DNA of 64,000 nt, taken from the NCBI GenBank assembly GCA_021850985.1, contig JAJZJX010000002.1, forward strand, positions 14,652 through 78,651, written 5' to 3'. Of the stretch, positions 27,959 through 35,810 are shown one piece after another. A program made the translations under genes and the position numbers. Each line of letters opens with the position of its first letter. Position 1 is the first letter of the stretch. The notes beneath the pieces were generated by a model. That model had not been told where the DNA came from and made no database searches. It saw nothing but the letters and a program-made list of their open reading frames with translations. This DNA comes from a bacterium (GTDB taxonomy: Bacteria; SZUA-79; Acidulodesulfobacterales; Acidulodesulfobacteraceae).

Positions 27959-29113
27959 TTAAATTTCTCTATCTTCCGAAAAACTTTTATTAACCGGAAC
28001 TTTTATGGTAAATTTGGTTCCGTAATCAAGTTTCGACCTGACCTCTATAGATCCGCCCAGCGATTTAATAATGCTCATAGATATCGATAATCCAAGGCCG
28101 GTGCTTGCAGAGTTTTTTCTTTTAGAAAAAAAGGGGTCGAATATTTTTTTAATATCTTCCTGTGCTATACCGCATCCGTTATCGACTATTATTATATAAA
28201 TATAATCTTTTATTTTTTTTGTTATAAAATAGACTATTCCGGTTTCCTCTCTGACCGCCTGAACAGCGTTTAAACCTATATTTAATAAAACCTGCCTGAG
28301 ACCTGCTTCGGAAAAACTTATAAGCGGAATATTACTTGCAAGGTTCTTTTTTATCATAAGATTCTTTTTTCCGGCGGTGAAAGAAATAAGCGCAAGGGTT
28401 TCTTCTATTGAATTGTTTACGTTAACTATATCCGTTGCATTGGAAACCGGACGCGATAAAGTTAAGAGTTTTTTTGTGATATCTTTACACCTTTCAATTT
28501 CATCCTTCATTAATTCAAAATATTTCTTAATATCGCATCCGCCTTCTTTCATTATATTTGCTATATCTTTATTTTGAATAAGTTCGGAATTGCCGGCGCA
28601 TATTTTTATCATGTCTATAGATGCAAGGATATTATTGAGCGGATTGTTTATTTCGTGGGCGACTCCTTCCGCAAGAAGTCCGACTTCTGACAAACGCTGG
28701 GAAAGATTGAATTTTAAGTGGGCGTTGGAACCGTTTCCGAGGCATCTCAAAACCTCTACGGCATATCTTTTTCCGGTTTTTTCGTTCGTATAAGGCGCAG
28801 AATTTATCTCTACGGCAATTTCCTTGCCGTGCTTTCCGTAATGACCGTGTATAACTTTTACGGTCTTGCCTTTTTTAATAACCTCTTCGATGGAACAGGA
28901 TTCAAGCAGAGGATCGCAAGGTTCGTCTCTAAAATGGCTAATCTTATAACAGTATCCTCCTATTATTTCAGAAGATGACATACCGGAATCGTCTATAAAA
29001 CGCTTATTTGCATAAATTATTTTATAACTTTCGTCTATAACGATAATGCCGTCGCTTATATTATCTAAAATATCGGCGGCATTTATCGGCATATCGCCAT
29101 ATTTATTCTGCAT
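27959..29113 (-). CDS. PAS-domain sensor histidine kinase (cytoplasmic)
   Basis: H-box VAHEINNPLN, N-box LLNIGLNAVQA, G1 VDNGCGI, G2 GLGLSIS. The track ORF extends to 29398, but that extension overlaps rho and crosses a repeat element, so the start is set at ATG 29113 (MQNKYGDMPINAADIL). Confidence 0.88.
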   Translation of the reverse strand: MQNKYGDMPINAADILDNISDGIIVIDESYKIIYANKRFIDDSGMSSSEIIGGYCYKISHFRDEPCDPLLESCSIEEVIKKGKTVKVIHGHYGKHGKEIAVEINSAPYTNEKTGKRYAVEVLRCLGNGSNAHLKFNLSQRLSEVGLLAEGVAHEINNPLNNILASIDMIKICAGNSELIQNKDIANIMKEGGCDIKKYFELMKDEIERCKDITKKLLTLSRPVSNATDIVNVNNSIEETLALISFTAGKKNLMIKKNLASNIPLISFSEAGLRQVLLNIGLNAVQAVREETGIVYFITKKIKDYIYIIIVDNGCGIAQEDIKKIFDPFFSKRKNSASTGLGLSISMSIIKSLGGSIEVRSKLDYGTKFTIKVPVNKSFSEDREI

Positions 29114-29150
29114 ATCTATAATATACCATACTTTCACCTTTAAAACATAA

Positions 29151-29256
29151 CTCCCCTCCTTTTTAAAATATATTTTTCTGCGTGTCTTGAAAAAGCATGC
29201 CTTTTTCTGCAGAAAAATATGGGGAGGCAGGCGAAGCCTGCTGGGGTGGTTTGCCC
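29151..29256. repeat. Family-C element, expanded 105-nt form (inverted relative to the short copies)
   Basis: CTCCCCTCCTTTTTAAAATATATTTTTCTGC...GAAAAAGcatgcCTTTTTC..GCAGAAAAATAT-GGGGAGG-CAGGCgaaGCCTG-CTGGGGTGGTTTGCCC. About 80 percent identical over its full length to 38391-38496. Confidence 0.88.
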
Positions 29257-29280
29257 GCACAAACGCAGTCGGAACTGCAT

Positions 29281-30546
29281 TTACTGATTCATTAAGTTTA
29301 AAAAGTCGGCGTTGGATTTCGTATTTTTTATTTTGTCGAGCAAAAACTCCATTGCTTCGGGAGTGTCCATCGTGGACAAAAGTTTTCTTAATATCCATAC
29401 CTTTTTTAAATGGTCTTTATCGACAAGAAGCTCTTCTTTTCTCGTGCCGGATTTATTTATATCTATTGCTGGGAAAATCCTTTTTTCCGACAGCTTTCTG
29501 TCCAAATTAACTTCAAGATTTCCGGTTCCTTTGAATTCTTCAAAAATTACTTCGTCCATTCTCGAACCGGTGTCTATTAAAGCCGTTGCAATAATAGTCA
29601 AACTGCCCCCTTCTTCTATATTTCTTGCCGCTCCGAAAAATCTTTTGGGTTTATGCAGTGCATTCGAATCGACGCCTCCGGATAAAACTTTTCCGGAAGA
29701 CGGTATAGTAACGTTATATGCTCTTGCAAGTCTTGTAATCGAATCAAGTAAAATAACTACGTCTTTTCCGGTTTCTACCAATCTTTTTGCTTTTTCTATA
29801 ACTATTTCCGCAATTTGAATATGTCTCTGAGGCGGTTCGTCGAAAGTGGAGCTGATAACCTCTCCGTTAACGGATCTCTGCATATCCGTAACCTCTTCCG
29901 GTCTTTCGTCTATTAAAAGCACCATAAGGAAAATCTCCTTGTGGTTCGTATTTATAGCATGTGCAATATCTTTAAGCAGCATGGTCTTACCCGTTCTAGG
30001 AGGAGCGACTATCAGTCCCCTCTGCCCCTTTCCTATAGGGATTAATAAATCCATAAGCCTCGTGGACATATTCTTAGGGTCGAATTCAAGATTTATTTTT
30101 TCTTCGGGATATAAAGGCGTCAAATTATCGAATAATATCTTTTCTTTTGCAATTTCCGGATCCTCAAAGTTTATGCTTTCTACTTTTAAAAGCGCATAAA
30201 ATCTCTCGCTGTCTTTTGGCGGCCTGATAATTCCTCGTATAGTATCTCCGGTTCTTAAGCCGAATTTTCTTATCTGAGACGGAGATACGTAAATATCGTC
30301 CGGTCCGTGAAGATAATTTGCCTCAAGCGATCTTAAAAATCCGTATTGATCCGGCAGAATTTCTAGAACTCCTTCGCCCGAAATCAATCCGTTTTTTTCG
30401 GCCTGCTGATTTTTTTCCGTTTCTGCTTGAAGCAGGGCATATATAAGATCCTGCTTACGCATGCCGGATGCGCCTTCTATATTGTAATCCTTCGCTATTA
30501 CCAGCAGCTCGTTAATTTTTTTTACCGATAACTCTTTAATGTTCAT
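29281..30546 (-). CDS. rho: Transcription termination factor Rho
   Basis: 421 aa. N-terminal [15 protein letters not shown]...; Walker [18 protein letters not shown]; R-loop/Q-loop region conserved. Confidence 0.96.
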   Translation of the reverse strand: MNIKELSVKKINELLVIAKDYNIEGASGMRKQDLIYALLQAETEKNQQAEKNGLISGEGVLEILPDQYGFLRSLEANYLHGPDDIYVSPSQIRKFGLRTGDTIRGIIRPPKDSERFYALLKVESINFEDPEIAKEKILFDNLTPLYPEEKINLEFDPKNMSTRLMDLLIPIGKGQRGLIVAPPRTGKTMLLKDIAHAINTNHKEIFLMVLLIDERPEEVTDMQRSVNGEVISSTFDEPPQRHIQIAEIVIEKAKRLVETGKDVVILLDSITRLARAYNVTIPSSGKVLSGGVDSNALHKPKRFFGAARNIEEGGSLTIIATALIDTGSRMDEVIFEEFKGTGNLEVNLDRKLSEKRIFPAIDINKSGTRKEELLVDKDHLKKVWILRKLLSTMDTPEAMEFLLDKIKNTKSNADFLNLMNQ

Positions 30547-30570
30547 AAAGAACTCCTTTAAAAATTATTT

Positions 30571-31575
30571 TTATATAACAGCCCATCTTTTTTCTCTTTT
30601 TGCATCTATTCTGTGGCCTTCCGCAATGTCTAAAATAGTTCTTTCGTTGCTGCCGTCGCCCGGAAATTCCGAAACTCCGGCGTTTAACGATAATATCTCC
30701 TGCCCGTCTTTTTTAAAAGAATCTTCGGTTTCGTCAAATATTTTTTTAATTACCGTTTTTGCTTCTTCTTTTCCTGCGTTAGGAAATAATATTATGAACT
30801 TATTGCCGTATCTCGATGCGGTATCGAATGCCCTTATATTTTTTTTGATTATATTTGCTATTATTGAAATATTTTTATCTCCGGCGGTGTGTCCGTTGAC
30901 AGAATTTAACTTGTTTAACTGGTTTATAGAAATCAATCCGACCGATAACTTACTGCCGTCTTTTGCCGCTTTCTGCATTTCCTGAAAAAGCTTTTCATGG
31001 AAATATTTAAAATTATTCAGCCCTGATACATAATCTACTTGGGAACAATCCCTCATTACCTGAATAGACCTCTCCGAATTTAAAATATAAGCCAGTATGG
31101 AAAAAAAAGTATCAAAAACCTTAGCTTTATGGAAACAGCAATTTTTAAAACCTTTAACGGAATATGTTATTACAAAATACGAGTCCGAATAAGGCGTTTT
31201 AAGTTCATAAGCATAAAGTTCCGAAACGTTTTCATGCTCGAATAAACCGCCGTATTCATCGTATTTTTCCTTTTCTTTTTTGAAATCTATAAACAGTCCG
31301 CCTTTCAAGCGGCTTAACGTTTCGATAATTTTAAAAGGCGGATTCTCGTTTATTTTTTTTATAAAAAAATTGGAATAGCCTCTGGATATTTTAACGCTTT
31401 CGCCCAAATCGTATTGTTTGTGCAAAAACATAATGGCGGTTGCCCCGAAAGAATATTCGAATGAGATATTTACAAAATGCATAATCTCCTCTTTCGTTTT
31501 TTTTTGCGAAGCAAACTCCATAAGTTCTTCTATTAACTTATATCCTATATCTTCGCAATTTTTATTCTCTTCCAT
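30571..31575 (-). CDS. GAF-like N-terminal domain plus degenerate GGDEF domain (RYG-NKF in place of RxGGDEF, RxxD I-site retained)
   Basis: GLNNFKYFHEKL, NGHTAGDK, and RAFDTASRYGNKFIILFP align to the GGDEF fold. The GG(D/E)EF active-site turn reads GNKF and is one residue short. Confidence 0.85.
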   Translation of the reverse strand: MEENKNCEDIGYKLIEELMEFASQKKTKEEIMHFVNISFEYSFGATAIMFLHKQYDLGESVKISRGYSNFFIKKINENPPFKIIETLSRLKGGLFIDFKKEKEKYDEYGGLFEHENVSELYAYELKTPYSDSYFVITYSVKGFKNCCFHKAKVFDTFFSILAYILNSERSIQVMRDCSQVDYVSGLNNFKYFHEKLFQEMQKAAKDGSKLSVGLISINQLNKLNSVNGHTAGDKNISIIANIIKKNIRAFDTASRYGNKFIILFPNAGKEEAKTVIKKIFDETEDSFKKDGQEILSLNAGVSEFPGDGSNERTILDIAEGHRIDAKREKRWAVI

Positions 31576-31679
31576 GCAATAATGCCTCCTTTTCTCCTTT
31601 AATTATATTCAAAACTAATATGCCGACTATCTATATTATTTTTATGCGTTTTGTTTATTTATTATTTAAATATAGCCGC

Positions 31680-32309
31680 TTATTGCGAAATTGGTATATT
31701 CATCGGGATAGATTTCAGTTTTTCTCCGTATATAGTTTTTAAAAATTGGACAAAAGATTCGATTTGCGGAATTAAAAATTTAAATCCGAAATTATTGTTT
31801 ATTATAAAATCAGATTTTTTAATTTTTTCTTTCTGGCTCAATTGATTTTTATCTCTTTTAGCAAAATCTTCTATATCAAATTTTTTGTAAGACCGAATAA
31901 TCCTTCTTGAAAAATCGCAGGTTACCAAGGCGGTTTTATCTAAATTAAGATAATATCCCGATTCTATAATAACGGCACCTTCTATGACGGCGACGCTCTC
32001 ACTGCTTTCGGCGAGAAATACATCTATCTTTTGCCGCAAAGCAGGATAAACTATATCTTCTAAAACTTTTTTCTTTGAAATATCCGAAAAAATTATGCCG
32101 GCAAGAATCCCGCGGTCTATATCATAATCTTTATTTAAGATTTTATTTCCAAAAAAATCAACAATTTTTTTATATTCCAAGCTGTTTTTTTTATAAATTT
32201 TTTTTGCCTCTTCGTCGAGGTTTACCGTTAAAAAGCCCAAATTTTTAAATAAATTAAGCACCGTGGTCTTGCCTGAACCTATAGAGCCTGTCAATCCTAT
32301 TTTTATCAT
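31680..32309 (-). CDS. coaE: Dephospho-CoA kinase
   Basis: MIKIGLTGSIGSGKTTV P-loop at the N-terminus. The start is set at ATG 32309 (GGAG 7 nt upstream) rather than the track start at 32327. Confidence 0.88.
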   Translation of the reverse strand: MIKIGLTGSIGSGKTTVLNLFKNLGFLTVNLDEEAKKIYKKNSLEYKKIVDFFGNKILNKDYDIDRGILAGIIFSDISKKKVLEDIVYPALRQKIDVFLAESSESVAVIEGAVIIESGYYLNLDKTALVTCDFSRRIIRSYKKFDIEDFAKRDKNQLSQKEKIKKSDFIINNNFGFKFLIPQIESFVQFLKTIYGEKLKSIPMNIPISQ

Positions 32310-32335
32310 TATAAAACTCCGCAGCATGCTTCGTT

Positions 32336-32443
32336 GGAGGTGTCAGATTAATTCTCCATAAACCGCCCCGTCGTCCTTTGGCCGACTCCACTCCTTAAAA
32401 AGGAGGGGAGCTAAGGCGGAAAATAAATCTGACACTTTTTCCT
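32336..32443. repeat. Composite element: family-B arms enclosing a family-C core
   Basis: GGTGTCAGATTAATT (32339-32353) and AAATAAATCTGACAC (32421-32435) are inverted arms. The 'loop' is AACCGCCCCGTCGTCCTTTGGCCGACTCCACTCCTTAAAAAGGAGGGGAG, a family-C module. Confidence 0.85.
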
Positions 32444-32463
32444 CTTATATGCTGCCTTAAATA

Positions 32464-32490
32464 CAGGGACAGAATTCAATTCTGTCCCTG
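32464..32490. repeat. Family-A palindrome CAGGGACAGAATT-c-AATTCTGTCCCTG
   Basis: Perfect 13-bp arms. Directly abuts the pgeF stop codon (32491-32493). Confidence 0.9.
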
Positions 32491-33261
32491 TCACAAATTC
32501 GACATTGTTATAGAGATAAAAGAAACCTGCCTTTTGTCGGTCTTATTGCGCCTGTAGCTGAAAAAATCTTCATTCTCCATAGTACACTTATTTATATCGA
32601 AAACGTTTCTGCAGTTTAAGCCGTTTAAAACCAATTCGTTTTTGATATATGATTTTAAATCGAAAAAGATTTTGTTCTTTCCGGCTTCAATTTTTTTTTG
32701 AAAAAAATTTATATTTAAACTATTTTGATTTAAAAACAAATTTAAAAAATCTTCTTTAACTTCGTAACATTTTTTGCATATAGAAGGGCCTATAACCGCC
32801 AAAATTGCATCGGCGTCTATAGCGAACTTGTTTGCAAGCATATATACGGCGTTTTTGATTATTCCTCCGTATGCCCCTTTCCAGCCGCAATGCACGGCTC
32901 CTACGACGGCAGCGGTTTTGCCTTGAAAACCTGCGAAAAGCACGGGAACACAGTCGGCCGTTCTTATACACAATGCGATGCCTTTACATGCGGTAAAAAC
33001 TCCATCCGCATCGGCGTTATCAAAAAAACTGCGGCGATTTTTTGCGTTTTCTTTAAATTTTTCGTCCAAAACGTTAATATTTATACCGTGGCTCTGTTTT
33101 ACTTCATACGAATAATCTTCGGAAAGGATATCCAAAAATTCTTTTCTTGCGAATTTACCTTCGGGACTCGTAGGATTAAAATCGATAGAACCGTCAATAA
33201 AACCATATTTTATACCAGACTCGTCAAGATTTAACTCGTTTTTATCTAATCTATAAATCAT
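32491..33261 (-). CDS. pgeF: PgeF/YfiH family (DUF152) purine-nucleoside phosphorylase / laccase-domain protein
   Basis: 256 aa. RTADCVPVLFAG and AVHCGWKGAYGGI are the conserved Cys/His motifs of the family. Confidence 0.88.
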   Translation of the reverse strand: MIYRLDKNELNLDESGIKYGFIDGSIDFNPTSPEGKFARKEFLDILSEDYSYEVKQSHGININVLDEKFKENAKNRRSFFDNADADGVFTACKGIALCIRTADCVPVLFAGFQGKTAAVVGAVHCGWKGAYGGIIKNAVYMLANKFAIDADAILAVIGPSICKKCYEVKEDFLNLFLNQNSLNINFFQKKIEAGKNKIFFDLKSYIKNELVLNGLNCRNVFDINKCTMENEDFFSYRRNKTDKRQVSFISITMSNL

Positions 33262-34205
33262 AATAGCGCATCTTTATCATCGTGATCATCTAAAAGCCAT
33301 AACATATCGTCGGGAAATTCCGCTTTCAATACAATTTTTTCTTTATTGGCAGGGTGGGGAAATTCCAGCATATACGCGTGAAGCATCTGCCTTTTGACGA
33401 AATTTAAACTTTTGTATCTGCTTTCTATATCTTTTCTTTTATACAGCTTATCTCCTACAATCGGATAGCCCGTCTCAAAAAGGGAAACTCTTATCTGATG
33501 CGTTCTTCCCGTTTCAGGCAAAACTTTAAGCAGGGTTGCCGCACCCCTTATTTGTTTTATATTTTCAAAGCGGGTAAGGCAATATTTTCCCGTTTCCTTT
33601 TTATCCATTGCCATCTTAACCCTGCTTTTGGCATCCCTTTTTATAAATCCTTCTATGCATCCGCTTTTTTGAGTTATAATACCGTAAACTGCCGCAAAAT
33701 AAGTTTTTTTAATTTCCCTATTTTTAAAACTTTCCGCAAGGGCGTTATGCGCAAAATCGTTTTTGGCTATAAGCATAATGCCCGAAGTATCTTTGTCTAA
33801 CCGGTGAACTATTCCCGGTCTTTCTACTCCGCCGATACCCGACAGATCGGAAATCTTGCCCATTAAAATATTAACAAGAGTATTGTCGTAATTACCTTTT
33901 CCAGGGTGGGACGAAATACCGGCGGGTTTATTTACCGCAGCAATATATTCGTCTTCATAAATTATATCGATATCTCTTTCAAATATTTTTATGCCCGGCT
34001 TAACAGGATCCGGTTCGTTAAAAACCACGGAACTCCCGTTTTTTAATAAATATGCGGGCTTTTTGACCGCCTCTCCGTTAACTTCTACGGCGCCGTTTAA
34101 AATCAGTTTTTTAATGAAAGTCCTTGTTTTATCGGAAAATTTTGCGGATAAAAAAACATCCAATCTTACTGCCTGACCGTAATGAATAAATGAAACTACT
34201 CCCAT
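33258..34205 (-). CDS. rluD: 23S rRNA pseudouridine synthase, RluD family
   Basis: N-terminal S4 domain (RLDVFLS...), catalytic HRLDKDTSGIMLIAKN, and GRTHQIRV. Confidence 0.92.
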   Translation of the reverse strand: MGVVSFIHYGQAVRLDVFLSAKFSDKTRTFIKKLILNGAVEVNGEAVKKPAYLLKNGSSVVFNEPDPVKPGIKIFERDIDIIYEDEYIAAVNKPAGISSHPGKGNYDNTLVNILMGKISDLSGIGGVERPGIVHRLDKDTSGIMLIAKNDFAHNALAESFKNREIKKTYFAAVYGIITQKSGCIEGFIKRDAKSRVKMAMDKKETGKYCLTRFENIKQIRGAATLLKVLPETGRTHQIRVSLFETGYPIVGDKLYKRKDIESRYKSLNFVKRQMLHAYMLEFPHPANKEKIVLKAEFPDDMLWLLDDHDDKDALL

Positions 34206-35743
34206 AAAACGCGTCCGGTCATTTCTGCCGGCACTTCCAATCCCATCAGTTTCAAAAGGGTCGGCGCGATATCCGCAAGCCTTCCGGGTTTTAACGGCGG
34301 AATTTCCTTGTAATCGTTAGAAACTATAACGAACGGTACGGGATTAAGGGTGTGGTTGGTCATAGGTTTGCCGTTATCGTCTATCATAGTTTCCGCATTG
34401 CCGTGATCGGCAGTTATAGCGCATATGCCGTCGCCGAGGTTTAAAATTACGGGTATTATCTCGCTAATTACCGAGTTTACCGTCTGCACGGCTTTTACGG
34501 CCGCTTCGTAATTGCCCGTATGTCCCACCATATCGCAATTTGCAAAATTGCATACTATTAATTCATATTTGCCTGATTTAATTTTTTCTATAAGAGCGTC
34601 TTTAATTTTAAAAGCGCTCATTTCGGGTATCAAATCGTATGTCCTAAACTCTCTTGGAGAAGGTATAAGAAGTCTTTCTTCGTTTTTAAAGGGTTCTTCC
34701 CTTCCGCAGTTGAAAAAATAGGTTACGTGCGCGTATTTTTCGGTTTCCGCTATCCTGAACTGGCTAAAACCGAGATTAGATACAACCTCTCCAAGAATAT
34801 TTATATAATTTTGAGGTTCTATCATATATTTATTTTTAAAAGAATCGTCGTAATTAGTCATAGAAACGAAATTTTTTACCGGCTTAAACTCCCCTCTTGA
34901 AAAATATTTAAAATCAGGGAAGGTTAGCGACATAGTAATCTCTTTTGCCCTGTCCGCCCTGAAATTATAGAAAAGAACTCCGTCGTCTTCTTTGATTATG
35001 CCGTCATTTAGTTCTCCGTTATCGATTACTATCGCCGGCATAAATTCATCGGTAATGCCTTCGGCGTAAAATTTCTTAACCGCTTCCGCCGGATTGCCGA
35101 ATTTTTTTCCTTTTGCCTGAGTCAGCAAATTAAACGCAACTTCAACCCTGTCCCAGCGCGTATCCCTGTCCATAGCGTAAAACCTTCCGCAAAGCGTCGA
35201 AATAAATACTTTACCTGCATAAGGCTTTATATGTTCAGTTAATTTATTAAGAAAAACCGGCGAACTTTGAGGCGGAGAATCTCTGCCGTCCAAAAAAGGA
35301 TGTATATAAATTTTTTTTATTCCGTTTTTATAGAAAACATCTATTAAATATAATAAATGCGTCAGCTCCGAATGGACTCCGCTTTCGGAAAGAAGTCCCA
35401 TAAGATGAACGGCGGAATTATCCGATTTTATTTTTCCGATAAATTCCGATAAAACAGCGTTATCTTTAAGTTTATCCTCTTTTATAAGCAGGTCTATTTT
35501 CGTTAAATCCTGCATTATTATACGCCCTGCTCCTATATTGGAATGTCCCACCTCCGAGTTGCCCATAGTATTTTCCGGCAATCCTACGTCGAGTCCGTGC
35601 GCCTTTAGAGTAGTGTATGGATAGTCTTTGAAAAGTTTTTCGATAAATCGGGGGTTAGCGTTTATTATCGCATTCCCTTTAACCTTTTCGGATATACCGA
35701 AACCGTCCATTATTATCAAAACGGCTTTTTTTAATGTTTGCAT
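34196..35743 (-). CDS. gpmI: 2,3-bisphosphoglycerate-independent phosphoglycerate mutase
   Basis: 515 aa. IIMDGFG, MGNSEVGHSNIGAGR, and ADHGNAE motifs. Confidence 0.95.
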   Translation of the reverse strand: MQTLKKAVLIIMDGFGISEKVKGNAIINANPRFIEKLFKDYPYTTLKAHGLDVGLPENTMGNSEVGHSNIGAGRIIMQDLTKIDLLIKEDKLKDNAVLSEFIGKIKSDNSAVHLMGLLSESGVHSELTHLLYLIDVFYKNGIKKIYIHPFLDGRDSPPQSSPVFLNKLTEHIKPYAGKVFISTLCGRFYAMDRDTRWDRVEVAFNLLTQAKGKKFGNPAEAVKKFYAEGITDEFMPAIVIDNGELNDGIIKEDDGVLFYNFRADRAKEITMSLTFPDFKYFSRGEFKPVKNFVSMTNYDDSFKNKYMIEPQNYINILGEVVSNLGFSQFRIAETEKYAHVTYFFNCGREEPFKNEERLLIPSPREFRTYDLIPEMSAFKIKDALIEKIKSGKYELIVCNFANCDMVGHTGNYEAAVKAVQTVNSVISEIIPVILNLGDGICAITADHGNAETMIDDNGKPMTNHTLNPVPFVIVSNDYKEIPPLKPGRLADIAPTLLKLMGLEVPAEMTGRVLWE

Positions 35744-35810
35744 AGTTTTTATATTTTATTTTATATATTTATTATATATTGATGCGCTGCCGGTAAATTT
35801 AACTTAAGAT

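Noticed and set aside
29114-29398. 95-codon N-terminal extension of the histidine kinase ORF
   Set aside because: The extension overlaps the last 118 nt of rho in another frame and is translated across the 105-nt repeat element. Its product is Arg/Lys-rich nonsense (…HPSRLRLPPHIFLQKKACFFKTRRKIYF…). A sensible start (ATG 29113) precedes the PAS domain.
29312-30985. Long plus-strand ORFs antisense to rho and the GGDEF gene (168, 117 and 148 aa), and similar ORFs at 14788-15192, 38765-39859 and 49589-50089
   Set aside because: These are typical shadow ORFs opposite strongly supported genes in AT-rich DNA, rich in Ser/Ile/Phe/Leu with no recognisable domains or RBS.
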